Under the pieces are notes generated by a model. That model ran no database searches, was not told the DNA's origin, and worked only from the letters and a program-made list of their open reading frames with translations. Both the position numbers and the translations under genes were made by a program. Positions 18,088-27,982 of a stretch of DNA of 46,796 bases are shown one piece after another (within the stretch, counting starts at the first letter, position 1; each line of letters begins with the position of its first letter). This DNA comes from Arenimonas sp. (GTDB lineage: Bacteria > Pseudomonadota > Gammaproteobacteria > Xanthomonadales > Xanthomonadaceae): assembly GCA_017987065.1 (NCBI GenBank), contig JAGNUI010000001.1:1-46796 (forward strand), in the 5' to 3' direction.

Positions 18088-18124
18088 TTCGGCTTCTTGT
18101 TACTCGTTTGTTTTGGAAAATACC

Positions 18125-18250
18125 ATGAAAGTCCTGAATTCCCTTAAATCGGCCAAAGCCCGCCATCGTGACTGTAAAGTCGTTCGTCGTCGTGGCAAGG
18201 TCTTTGTGATTTGCAAATCAAATCCCCGCTTTAAAGCCCGTCAGCGTTAA
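18125..18250 (+). CDS. ykgO: 50S ribosomal protein L36, type B (41 aa; below the ORF-track cutoff)
   Basis: [41 protein letters not shown]. Confidence 0.97.
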   Translation: MKVLNSLKSAKARHRDCKVVRRRGKVFVICKSNPRFKARQR

Positions 18251-18273
18251 TCGCTCTCAGGTCGCATCATCTT

Positions 18274-18299
18274 AAAGCCGGCTTATTGCCGGCTTTTTT
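18274..18299 (+). terminator. Rho-independent terminator
   Basis: AAAGCCGGC-ttatt-GCCGGCTTTTTT. Confidence 0.9.
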
Positions 18300-18350
18300 A
18301 GTATTGCAGTTATTAGTACGGTGCCTTGTTAAACTTAATCACTTACTTTA

Positions 18351-19397
18351 ATGGTGAATGAAATGAGTCAAACCTCTAGATTTCCAGCCGAATGGGAACA
18401 GCAATCAGCCGTTTTGATGGCATGGCCTCATGTTGGAACAGATTGGGCAGAGCGCTTAGAATTAGTTCAACGTTGCTTTGCTCAAATAATGGCCGCCATA
18501 TGCGTTCATCAGAAACTCATTGTCTGTGTACCAAACCCTGAACTAGAGCGACAAGCACGGAGTTTTTTAATTGCAGCCAACTGCGCGTTGTCTAATTTGC
18601 ATTTCGTGCACATACCCTATAACGACACCTGGTTGCGCGATAGCGGGCCGATCACTTTAGTGAATGCTGACAACTCAAAGGTAATGTTGGATTTTCACTT
18701 TACCGCTTGGGGTGGAAAATTTGAATCAAATCTCGATGATAAAATCGTCTCGCTATTATTATCATTAAATACATTCGCCAACTGCACACATCAACGCATT
18801 GATTTTGCGCTTGAAGGCGGCGGTATTGAAACGGATGGCGCGGGCACCCTGCTTTCAACATGGCATTGCTTGCACGAACGTCACCCCGATAAATCTCGCG
18901 ATGAAGTTAGCGCCTTCTTGATGTCTTCATTAAAGCAACAACGCTTGCTGTGGCTTGATTATGGTTATCTGGAAGGTGATGACACCGATGCCCACATTGA
19001 TACGCTGGCCCGTTTTGCATCCCCCACATCTATAGTTTATCAGGGTTGCCAAGACAGAGCCGACAGCCATTATGGCGAACTTCAGCGCATGGCGAACGAG
19101 CTGTCTCAATTCAAACAATTGAATGGCAATCCCTATGAACTCTTTGAGCTGCCTTGGCCGCAGCCAATTATTGATAACGGACGGCGCCTTGCCGCTTCCT
19201 ATGCTAATTTTTTGATTATCAATGGCGCTGTATTAATGCCTGTTTATAATGACCCTGCCGACGCTCGTGCACTGTCTGTTATGCAAAGCGCCTTCCCAAA
19301 CAGAGAAATAGTGGCCATAAACTGCCGTGATTTAATCTGGCAAAATGGCAGTTTACACTGCTGTACTATGCAACTCCCAGAAGGATTATTAGCATGA
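18351..19397 (+). CDS. aguA: Agmatine deiminase family protein (start may be 18363)
   Basis: PAEWE, DTWLRDSGP, LEGGGIETDG, GDDTDAHID, GSLHCCTMQ (catalytic Cys). Confidence 0.9.
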   Translation: MVNEMSQTSRFPAEWEQQSAVLMAWPHVGTDWAERLELVQRCFAQIMAAICVHQKLIVCVPNPELERQARSFLIAANCALSNLHFVHIPYNDTWLRDSGPITLVNADNSKVMLDFHFTAWGGKFESNLDDKIVSLLLSLNTFANCTHQRIDFALEGGGIETDGAGTLLSTWHCLHERHPDKSRDEVSAFLMSSLKQQRLLWLDYGYLEGDDTDAHIDTLARFASPTSIVYQGCQDRADSHYGELQRMANELSQFKQLNGNPYELFELPWPQPIIDNGRRLAASYANFLIINGAVLMPVYNDPADARALSVMQSAFPNREIVAINCRDLIWQNGSLHCCTMQLPEGLLA

Positions 19398-20281
19398 CTG
19401 TATCTTCAATCAAAGTGGCATTAATTCAAGAAATTAATCATGGCACAGCTCAGCAAAACTTGCAGGTTATCGAAGCCCGCGTTGCAGAAGCCGCCAAGCA
19501 GGGTGCGCAATTGATTTTGCTGCAAGAGCTACATAATGGCGCGTATTTCTGCCAGCATGAGTCGGCCGATGAATTCGATGCCGCCGAATCGATACCTGGC
19601 CCAAGTTGCACACGCCTTTCTACCATTGCAAAACAAAATAATGTGGTGCTGATTGGCTCGTTATTCGAGCGCCGAGCAGCAGGCTTATATCACAACACGG
19701 CAGTAGTATTTGATAGCAATGGCGAGCTGGTTGGCAAGTATCGAAAAATGCATATACCCGATGATCCTGGTTTTTATGAGAAATATTATTTCACCCCTGG
19801 AGATCTTGGTTTTGAACCCGTTCAAACGAGCTTGGGTAAAATTGGCGTGCTTATTTGCTGGGACCAATGGTACCCGGAAGCGGCACGATTAATGGCTTTA
19901 GCAGGCGCTGAATTCTTAGTTTACCCAACGGCTATTGGCTGGGATCCAGATGATACTGATGACGAAAAACAACGCCAGCAAGATGCTTGGTTACTCAGTC
20001 ACCGTGGTCATGCTGTGGCTAATGGCATTCCGGTGTTAAGCTGCAATCGCACAGGATTTGAAGCATCACCGCTGGGCGCCAGTGGTATTCAATTCTGGGG
20101 CCACTCACACATCCTTGGGCCGCAAGGCGAAATACTAGCCCAAGCCAGTTCCGATAGCGCAGAAATACTCATTACAGACATTGATCTTGCGCGTAGTGAG
20201 AAAGTCCGTCGCATGTGGCCATTTCTGCGCGATCGCAGAATAGATGCCTATAGCGATTTAACCAAAAGGTACCGCGATTAA
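19394..20281 (+). CDS. aguB: N-carbamoylputrescine amidase (carbon-nitrogen hydrolase)
   Basis: LLQEL, YRKMHIPDDPGFYEKYYFTPGD, ICWDQWYPEAAR, YPTAIG; ATGA overlap with aguA. Confidence 0.88.
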   Translation: MTVSSIKVALIQEINHGTAQQNLQVIEARVAEAAKQGAQLILLQELHNGAYFCQHESADEFDAAESIPGPSCTRLSTIAKQNNVVLIGSLFERRAAGLYHNTAVVFDSNGELVGKYRKMHIPDDPGFYEKYYFTPGDLGFEPVQTSLGKIGVLICWDQWYPEAARLMALAGAEFLVYPTAIGWDPDDTDDEKQRQQDAWLLSHRGHAVANGIPVLSCNRTGFEASPLGASGIQFWGHSHILGPQGEILAQASSDSAEILITDIDLARSEKVRRMWPFLRDRRIDAYSDLTKRYRD

Positions 20282-20286
20282 TACTT

Positions 20287-21486
20287 ATGAATACCATTGA
20301 TTTTGCCGGACAGCCGGTTATCGAACTCAGCGTAAACGGCATTGCATATACCTTACTCGGCACCGCTCATGTGTCGGCGATTAGCGTTGAAGCTGTAAAA
20401 CTGGCCATTGATTCAGGAAATTTTGACACGATAGCCGTGGAATTAGATGCCAACAGGCACAAGCAACTGACGCAAGAAAATAATCTGCAAAATCTCGATA
20501 TTTTTCAGATTATCAAAGAAGATAAAATTGGTCTTGTTGCGGCAAACCTTTCATTGGCGGCTTATCAACGCCGTTTAGCAGACCAACTTGGTATTGAACC
20601 AGGCGCTGAACTCAAAGCCGCTTCATTGGAGGCCAATGCGCGCAATCTGCGTTGTGAGCTAATAGATCGTGATGCTGGAATAACCTTAAAACGTGCATGG
20701 AATCGACTTGGCTTCTTCAAACGTGCTCAATTAGCCGCAGGTTTGGGAATCAATTTGTTGAGCTCCGATGAAATTGACGAACAAGAAATTGAACAGCTCA
20801 AAGAAGGCGATATGCTGGAGTCTAGCTTTGGTGAGTTTGCCAAACAAACCCCAGAGTTGTATGAAACCATCATTAATGAACGTGATATCTATATGGCCGC
20901 CAAGTTATTAAGCTTGTCAGATCAACCCGATGTTAAACATGTTTTAGCTGTTGTTGGTGCAGGTCATTTAAAAGGACTTGCCGAATCAATGAAAAATAAG
21001 TCCATTGATTTTAAGAAAGCTATAGCTACACTGGAAAAGCTTCCAAAGACTTCTAGCATTCCATGGTTTAGCCTCACTTTGATTGCCATTTTGATTTTTG
21101 GGTTTTACTGGGGTTACCGCCAAGGCGGCATCGAATTGGCTGGCATGCTACTTCTGCAATGGGCATTAATCACCGGCATTGGTGGTTTACTTGGCTGTAT
21201 CGCAGCCAAAGGTCATTGGTTGAGTTGTATTGCTGCTTTTATTGCATCGCCACTTACACCGCTACACCCGGCATTAAGTTCAGGAATGGTTTCGGCATAC
21301 GTTGAAGCAAAAATGCAAAAGCCAACCTATCAGGATCTTCTAGATTTAAGAAATGATACAACTGAAGTAGCCGGCTGGTGGAAAAACCGTTTCGCACGCA
21401 TATTGGTCAATTTTATCTTAACTAATATGGGTACCGCATTAGCGGTATGGGTGGCCGGTTTTATGATTGTTGGTAAATTGAGTTAA
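20287..21486 (+). CDS. TraB/PrgY/GumN (pheromone-shutdown-like) membrane protein
   Basis: LLGTAHVS, AVELD, PGAELKAA, ERDIYMA, AVVGAGHLKG and C-terminal TM helices. Confidence 0.9.
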   Translation: MNTIDFAGQPVIELSVNGIAYTLLGTAHVSAISVEAVKLAIDSGNFDTIAVELDANRHKQLTQENNLQNLDIFQIIKEDKIGLVAANLSLAAYQRRLADQLGIEPGAELKAASLEANARNLRCELIDRDAGITLKRAWNRLGFFKRAQLAAGLGINLLSSDEIDEQEIEQLKEGDMLESSFGEFAKQTPELYETIINERDIYMAAKLLSLSDQPDVKHVLAVVGAGHLKGLAESMKNKSIDFKKAIATLEKLPKTSSIPWFSLTLIAILIFGFYWGYRQGGIELAGMLLLQWALITGIGGLLGCIAAKGHWLSCIAAFIASPLTPLHPALSSGMVSAYVEAKMQKPTYQDLLDLRNDTTEVAGWWKNRFARILVNFILTNMGTALAVWVAGFMIVGKLS

Positions 21487-21518
21487 AACAAAAACGCCCT
21501 TGCATCTGTACAAGGGCG
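21486..21518 (-). terminator. Terminator of the RND operon
   Basis: CGCCCTTG-8 nt-CAAGGGCG stem with a U-tract on the minus strand. Confidence 0.75.
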
Positions 21519-21524
21519 AAATTA

Positions 21525-24500
21525 TTAATTAGCACTTTCAATGAATTTCGATAACACTGGTGCTTTTTCTCGGCCTGTTTTGATGTAGCTAGAAACATAC
21601 TGGCTAACATCATCCAACATGGCATATATCGTTGGCAGGAATAATAAGCTAACGATGGTTGAAAACGCCAATCCGCCCACTACTGCTCTTGCCATTGGTG
21701 CATACGACGGGCCATCACCACCAATACCAGAACCGCCAAAACACAATGGCAACATACCTAAAATAGCGGTGCCCATGGTCATTAAGATTGGGCGCAAACG
21801 CTCTTTACTGCCTTGTATTAAGGCATCCGTTCGAGACAATCCATTCCTGCGTTGCAAGTTGATATGATCGAGCATCACAATGCCGTTGTTGACCACTACA
21901 CCCATTAATACTAAGACACCAATAAATGCCATCACCGTGAAAGTGGTGCCAGTTAGTGCGAACAGCCAGAAAATACCAAGTATTGAAAAGATGATGCTAC
22001 TGAATATGGCCAATGGAAATAACATGGATTCAAACAATGCGGCCATAACAATGAAGATCATCAACATAGCAATACCGAGGTTGAATAGCATTTGTTGCTG
22101 GGCTTCATCGTCACCACGGAAACCGCTGCCCTCACCCCATGAATAACCTGGGTGGGTTTCATTTAATTTAGCTGCATTCATCACTTCATTGATGGCTTTG
22201 CGCGCCGCATCTTTATCGAATTTATCAACACGATTGATATTGGCATCGATAGCAATGGATGTTTGGCGGTTGTTACGTGAAATCTGTGATGCGCCTGGTT
22301 TAATTTGAACGTCAACCAAAGACAACAGTGGCACTTTAACGCCATCTGCGCGTGTCAAATCCAAACTCGACAAGCGATCCATACTAAACTTTTCAGAGCC
22401 CTCGAAACGCACCCAAACCGGCACTTCGGTATTGCCACGTCGAAACTCACGCAATGGGCTACCTCGCAATGCAATGCCTAAATACTGAGCGACTTCTTGT
22501 GCGCTAAAACCAAAAGTAGCTGCACGCTCACGGTCAACGCTCACTCTTACTTCGTTATTCTCATCACCGGAGTTTACCCGTACATCAGTTAATTCAGGAC
22601 GCTTCTCCAAAGAAGGTAGTAACTCGTTACCAATTTGCATTAATTTTTCCGGCGAATCACCATTGAGAAAAAAGGTCACTTTTTGGTCGCCCGCAGAGGT
22701 TCCACCGCCGCCACCGCCACCACCTTCAAAGCCAATTTCTGCACGGGCAGATTTGGGTAGTTCGGTGCGCAGCATTTCAGAGATTTCGGCTGGCGTTTTT
22801 AAGCCGGGGCCATCTTTACGAAGATCTAATTTCACGCCACCAAATCCCCGCTCACCAAAATAAACATAGATTTGAGTCAATTGATAACGTTCACGACGCT
22901 GGTCAAGGAATTTTTCAATTTTAAAAACTTCTTCTGACATTTGTTCAGCGCTATATGCCCCTTTCCAGTCAAAATATAAATCCAATTTAGGGCTGGCTTC
23001 ATTTTTGAAAAAATCAAACTCGGTAAATTTCATGGGTACAAAACTAACCAGCACAATTGCTAATATTGCAGCTAACGACTTGAAACGATGCTCCAGACTC
23101 CATCGCAACAAACGACCATAACGCTCCACCAAACGTGGGATAAACCCATTCGAGCGTCCGATCATCGGCGGCGTTCTTAAATGTGCCGATATCATTGGAA
23201 TTAGACTGACCGCTACTAGCCATGAGCAAAGCAAAGAGATGGTGATGGTTAATGCCACCTGCCCCAGAAAAATACTAATCATGTTGGCTTCACCAAATAA
23301 ATTCGGCAAGAACACAACAATACTGGTGAAAGTGCCTGCAGTAATAGCAATCTGCACACTACGCGTGCCTTCAATGGCACATCTCACGGGATCATTAGGG
23401 TATTTTTCTCGATATTGATAAATACTTTCAACCACCACCACGGCGTTATCAACCAACATGCCCAGCCCTAACAGCAACCCCATCATCGATAAAACATTTA
23501 ATGTAATTCCAAGGAAGTACATGGCACCTAGGGTCATGATGATGCAGATTGGAATCGCCAAGGTCACCATCAAGGTGCTCGGCCAGTGACGCAAGAAAAA
23601 ATACAAAACAAATAATGACAGCAAAGACCCTATAATACCGGCCTCAACCAACTCTTTAATTGAGCGCTGTACACTTTCGGCTTGGTTGCCAATGACAATT
23701 GACTTAATACCAATTAACTCAGGTTCTTGGTTAATCAATTCCAATTCAGCCATAACAAGTTTTGACACATCAACTAAATTGGCGCTTCTTTCGCGCCGAA
23801 TGTTTATACCAACAGCTGGTTTCAAATCGAGGCGACGCCAAACTTCTTCGCGTTGTGTTTTAAAACGCACCTGAGCAATATCACTTAGTCGCAAGCCTGA
23901 CTCATTTAAGACCAGATTGCGAAGTTCATCAAGGTCACGAATTTCACCGACCGGCTGTACACGTAAACGACGCGCACCATCATCAATTTGCCCAGCAGAT
24001 ACTGAAAAATTAACCGCCTGCAATTTTGTTGCTAATTGATTCAAACTAATACTGTATGCGCCTAAACTAGTAGGGTTCAATGCAATCTCAATTTCCGACG
24101 GTGAAGAACCAGAAATTTCTACCGCAGCAACGCCGGGGATACGTTCAATACGGCGCTTGAACAAACGCTCAATCATTTCGTATTCATATCGCAAATCACG
24201 AGAACTGGCAAACCGAAGTTCTAAAAATGGTTGGTCACTTGGCGAGAAACGTTGCACAAAATAACGTTGCATATCAGCAGGTAAATCTTTACGAATGGCA
24301 TCAATACGTGAACGCGCTTCGTTAGCACTAATAGCCACATCACGATCGAAATCTGAAAACTGCACTTGGAATTCTGCGGCATCAGCACGACTGGTTGAAT
24401 TTATTTCCTTAATACCAGGCAATGTTGCCAATGCTTCTTCTATTGGACGGGTAATACTGCGTTCAACTTCTTGCGGTGTTGAACCCGGATACGGAACACT

Positions 24501-24641
24501 GACACCCATAAAAGGGAAATTAACTTCTGGAAATTGCTCTAACGGCAAACGTACTGAGGCAATTAAACCAATGACCACCATGGAAATGAAAAACATGGTG
24601 ACTGTTACGGGCCTTTTTAAGCTAAGTTCCACCAAACTCAT
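21525..24641 (-). CDS. RND efflux permease subunit 2 (AcrB/D/F family)
   Basis: 1038 aa, SLKRPV start, GMLVDNAVVVVE, RLRPILMT. Confidence 0.95.
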   Translation of the reverse strand: MSLVELSLKRPVTVTMFFISMVVIGLIASVRLPLEQFPEVNFPFMGVSVPYPGSTPQEVERSITRPIEEALATLPGIKEINSTSRADAAEFQVQFSDFDRDVAISANEARSRIDAIRKDLPADMQRYFVQRFSPSDQPFLELRFASSRDLRYEYEMIERLFKRRIERIPGVAAVEISGSSPSEIEIALNPTSLGAYSISLNQLATKLQAVNFSVSAGQIDDGARRLRVQPVGEIRDLDELRNLVLNESGLRLSDIAQVRFKTQREEVWRRLDLKPAVGINIRRERSANLVDVSKLVMAELELINQEPELIGIKSIVIGNQAESVQRSIKELVEAGIIGSLLSLFVLYFFLRHWPSTLMVTLAIPICIIMTLGAMYFLGITLNVLSMMGLLLGLGMLVDNAVVVVESIYQYREKYPNDPVRCAIEGTRSVQIAITAGTFTSIVVFLPNLFGEANMISIFLGQVALTITISLLCSWLVAVSLIPMISAHLRTPPMIGRSNGFIPRLVERYGRLLRWSLEHRFKSLAAILAIVLVSFVPMKFTEFDFFKNEASPKLDLYFDWKGAYSAEQMSEEVFKIEKFLDQRRERYQLTQIYVYFGERGFGGVKLDLRKDGPGLKTPAEISEMLRTELPKSARAEIGFEGGGGGGGGTSAGDQKVTFFLNGDSPEKLMQIGNELLPSLEKRPELTDVRVNSGDENNEVRVSVDRERAATFGFSAQEVAQYLGIALRGSPLREFRRGNTEVPVWVRFEGSEKFSMDRLSSLDLTRADGVKVPLLSLVDVQIKPGASQISRNNRQTSIAIDANINRVDKFDKDAARKAINEVMNAAKLNETHPGYSWGEGSGFRGDDEAQQQMLFNLGIAMLMIFIVMAALFESMLFPLAIFSSIIFSILGIFWLFALTGTTFTVMAFIGVLVLMGVVVNNGIVMLDHINLQRRNGLSRTDALIQGSKERLRPILMTMGTAILGMLPLCFGGSGIGGDGPSYAPMARAVVGGLAFSTIVSLLFLPTIYAMLDDVSQYVSSYIKTGREKAPVLSKFIESAN

Positions 24642-27600
24642 TTTGACGACTCCTGGGCTTGCAAAGCAAATTTAGTCGCAGCGCGAATACCGCGTTCACG
24701 GTAATAGTCATCTGTACGGCGATCAAGAATGTTATAGACAATCGGAATGATAACCAGAGTCAATATGGTTGAAACCGTTAAACCACCAATCACCGTAATA
24801 GCCATGGGCGCACGAATTTCGGCACCATCACCACCAAAAAATGCCAGTGGCGCAAATCCAAACAGTGTCGTCAAAGTAGTCATGATGATCGGACGTAAGC
24901 GCGATTCAGCACCACGACAAATGGCTTCGCGTTTATTAACGCCTTCTTCGCGCAATTGATTGACTTTATCAAGCAAGACGATAGCATTTTTAACCACGAT
25001 ACCGACTAACAAGATTAATCCAATAAAGACCACAATGGAAATGGGTGAACCTTTCACCCACAAAGCCAATACCGCACCCACAATAGCCAAGGGAACCGAG
25101 AACATAATGACAAATGGATGCAATAAGGATTCAAACTGGGAAGCCATCACCAAATACACTAAAAACATAGCCAAACCAAAAGCAAATATCAAGGAATTGA
25201 TTGAACGATCAAGATCTTCACTTTGACCACCAAAAGTCATTTTGACATCGGTACCAATTGGGTTTTCTTGCACCAGATTTTTGACTTCCTGTACTGCCGT
25301 ACCTAAATCAATATCACGCAAGTTGGCTGAAACCAATGCGACACGGGTTTGATCGGCGCGGTTAATTTCACTTGGCCCGACTGTTTCCACTACATTAGCA
25401 ACCGCCGATAATGGCACTGGGCTGTCACTTTGTGGATTGATAATAATGTTACGTATATCATCAATAGAGCTTCGGTCAACTTCACGAGCACGCACCAATA
25501 CATCAATTTTACGATCTCTGAAACTATAGCGTGTTGCAACTTCGCCACGGACTTGACGCACCACTTGATCGGCGATTTGACGTGAAGTTAAACCTAAGGC
25601 AGCAGCACGTTCTTGATCAAAAATAATCTGTACTTCAGGGTAACCCTGCTCAACACTGGATTTTACATCGGCAAAATGAGGAGATTTTTTCATCAGCTCA
25701 CTTAACTGACGCCCTGCTTTTTCAATGGAGGCAAGATCCTGGCCACTTAATTCAATTTCAAGTGGGGTCGCAAAGCTTAACAATTGCGGGCGTGCAAATT
25801 TAACTTGCACATCCGGGTAGGCCTGCATCGTCTTGCGCATACGTTCTGTTATGGCTGCCTCTGCTTCGCGTGTGTATTTATCTCCGAGTATGACAGTTAG
25901 TTTCGCAACGTTATCACCTGATTCAGTTGGGTTGGCATCAAGACGTGTACCACTGCCAGAAACGCCATATAATTTTTCGATACCGCTATCATCGTTATAA
26001 GCTTTTTGGATTTTCTGAACCAAACCATCGGTTTCACGCAATTGTGTGCCAGGCGCTAATTTAGCCGTCATTTCAAAACGATCTTGCGCCAACTGCGGAA
26101 TTAAGTCTGTACCCAAACTCAGCGCAACAAAAATGGCAATCACAAAAGCAAAGAATGAACCCGATAAAATCATTGCTGGACGATCAAGTACTTTCGGCAA
26201 AATCTTATGGTAATAACTAGCGGCGGCTTCATAGGGCATCAATATCTTTTCGCCCAACCAAGCTAAACTACCGCCAACATATTTTGCGAGAAACCGGAAT
26301 ATTGCAGTCACAACAAAACTAATTTGAAAAACTAACCAGCCAACTATTTTTTTAATAAATTCAAAACTAAAATAGAAAAAACGTGAAACACGCCCAACTG
26401 GTGGTTCGCGAACAACGACCTCATCGGCAGCAAAAGCCATCTTTGAAACCGCTTTAATTGAGCTAAGCATCGGAATCAACGTCAACGACACAATCAATGA
26501 GATGGCCAATGCAATTGACACAGTTAATGCTTGATCTTTGAATAATTGTCCGGCAATGCCTTCAACAAACACCAATGGGAAAAACACAGCAATGGTTGTG
26601 AGTGTTGAGGCTACAACTGCCATACTGACTTCGCTAGCGCCTTTAATGGTCGCTTCTATCAAACCAAGACCGCGCTCACGTGCCTTTGCAATACTTTCTA
26701 AAACAACGATGGAATCATCCACAACCATACCGGTTGCTAATGCTAAGCCAGCCATTGACATCACGTTTAAGCTCAGGCCCAGCATATCCATGAAAAAGAA
26801 TGTAGAAATAATGGATACTGGCAACGACAAGCTAATGACGAAAGTACTCCAGCCATCTCGCAAGAAGAAAAATATGATTAAGATGGAGAAAAATCCACCC
26901 ATCAAGGCTTCAAATTTAACTTCATTGAGTGCACTTTTGATGAATTTCGATTGATCGTCAATGGTATTGATTGAATAGCCATCAATCGTATAAGCACCTG
27001 CAACTTTTGATACAATTTTAGGACTTTTCGGATCTCTATTTGCATTTTGCAAGCGTTCAAGCGTGGCGTTAACCGCGTTGGCAACCGCAACCGTATTGCC
27101 GTCACCTTCTTTATAAATGGCCAGCTCAACCGATTCACGGCCTTGCATGCGAATAATCGCCTCGCGTTCTTTATAGCCTTGCTCAACAACGGCTACATCT
27201 TTCAGACGTACGGGGACATTATCTTGAGTGGTAATCAACAAATTCTTCATTTGTTCAAGATTGCTGAATTGATTGACGGTGCGAACCAAATAACGCTCGC
27301 TACCTTCTTCAATACGACCACCAGAAATATTAATATTTTCTTGCCTGAGACGGTCAATAACTAAACTCGCTGGCAGGTTCAGTTGTGATAATTTTTGGGT
27401 GTCTAATTGCACCTGAATTTGATCTTCAAAACCACCACCGACTTTAACGGCCGCCACGCCATCAACGGGCTCTAAGCGCTTTTTCAAGGTTTCTTCGGCA
27501 TAACGGCGCAGACGCATTAACTCAGCAGCCTGATTTTTCGAATCTTTATCGCTTACTGACATAACCAAGCGTAAAATTGGCTCGGTGGTGGGATTGAAAC

Positions 27601-27982
27601 GCAGCAAAACTGGCGGCGTCACATCCAAAGGTAAGCGGAGCGTGTCGAGTTTATCGCGCACATCCAGACTCGCCTTATCCATATCGCTACCCCAAGCAAA
27701 CTCGAGGACGATATCGCTTTGCCCAGCACGTGACACTGATTTTAGTTTGGTTAGGCCTTTCACTACGCCAACCGATTCTTCAATGGGTTGTGTGATGAGT
27801 GTTTCAATTTCTGCAGGCGCGGCACCGATGTATTCTGTGCGGACTGTAAGTGTCGGATATGTCAGTTCAGGCAACAAATTTACTTTCAAATTTGTCCAAC
27901 CGATCCAGCCAAACAACACCATTGTGACTGCCATCATGGCAACCGTCACCCTCCGGCGTGTTGAAAATTCGACTAAATTCAT
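24638..27982 (-). CDS. RND efflux permease subunit 1 (AcrB/D/F family)
   Basis: 1114 aa, GMVVDDSIVVLE, GIVVKNAIVLLD, RLRPIIMT. Confidence 0.95.
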   Translation of the reverse strand: MNLVEFSTRRRVTVAMMAVTMVLFGWIGWTNLKVNLLPELTYPTLTVRTEYIGAAPAEIETLITQPIEESVGVVKGLTKLKSVSRAGQSDIVLEFAWGSDMDKASLDVRDKLDTLRLPLDVTPPVLLRFNPTTEPILRLVMSVSDKDSKNQAAELMRLRRYAEETLKKRLEPVDGVAAVKVGGGFEDQIQVQLDTQKLSQLNLPASLVIDRLRQENINISGGRIEEGSERYLVRTVNQFSNLEQMKNLLITTQDNVPVRLKDVAVVEQGYKEREAIIRMQGRESVELAIYKEGDGNTVAVANAVNATLERLQNANRDPKSPKIVSKVAGAYTIDGYSINTIDDQSKFIKSALNEVKFEALMGGFFSILIIFFFLRDGWSTFVISLSLPVSIISTFFFMDMLGLSLNVMSMAGLALATGMVVDDSIVVLESIAKARERGLGLIEATIKGASEVSMAVVASTLTTIAVFFPLVFVEGIAGQLFKDQALTVSIALAISLIVSLTLIPMLSSIKAVSKMAFAADEVVVREPPVGRVSRFFYFSFEFIKKIVGWLVFQISFVVTAIFRFLAKYVGGSLAWLGEKILMPYEAAASYYHKILPKVLDRPAMILSGSFFAFVIAIFVALSLGTDLIPQLAQDRFEMTAKLAPGTQLRETDGLVQKIQKAYNDDSGIEKLYGVSGSGTRLDANPTESGDNVAKLTVILGDKYTREAEAAITERMRKTMQAYPDVQVKFARPQLLSFATPLEIELSGQDLASIEKAGRQLSELMKKSPHFADVKSSVEQGYPEVQIIFDQERAAALGLTSRQIADQVVRQVRGEVATRYSFRDRKIDVLVRAREVDRSSIDDIRNIIINPQSDSPVPLSAVANVVETVGPSEINRADQTRVALVSANLRDIDLGTAVQEVKNLVQENPIGTDVKMTFGGQSEDLDRSINSLIFAFGLAMFLVYLVMASQFESLLHPFVIMFSVPLAIVGAVLALWVKGSPISIVVFIGLILLVGIVVKNAIVLLDKVNQLREEGVNKREAICRGAESRLRPIIMTTLTTLFGFAPLAFFGGDGAEIRAPMAITVIGGLTVSTILTLVIIPIVYNILDRRTDDYYRERGIRAATKFALQAQESSK

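Noticed and set aside
20287-21486. TraB as evidence of a conjugative element
   Set aside because: This is the chromosomal TraB/PrgY/GumN family, and no T4SS or relaxase genes are nearby.
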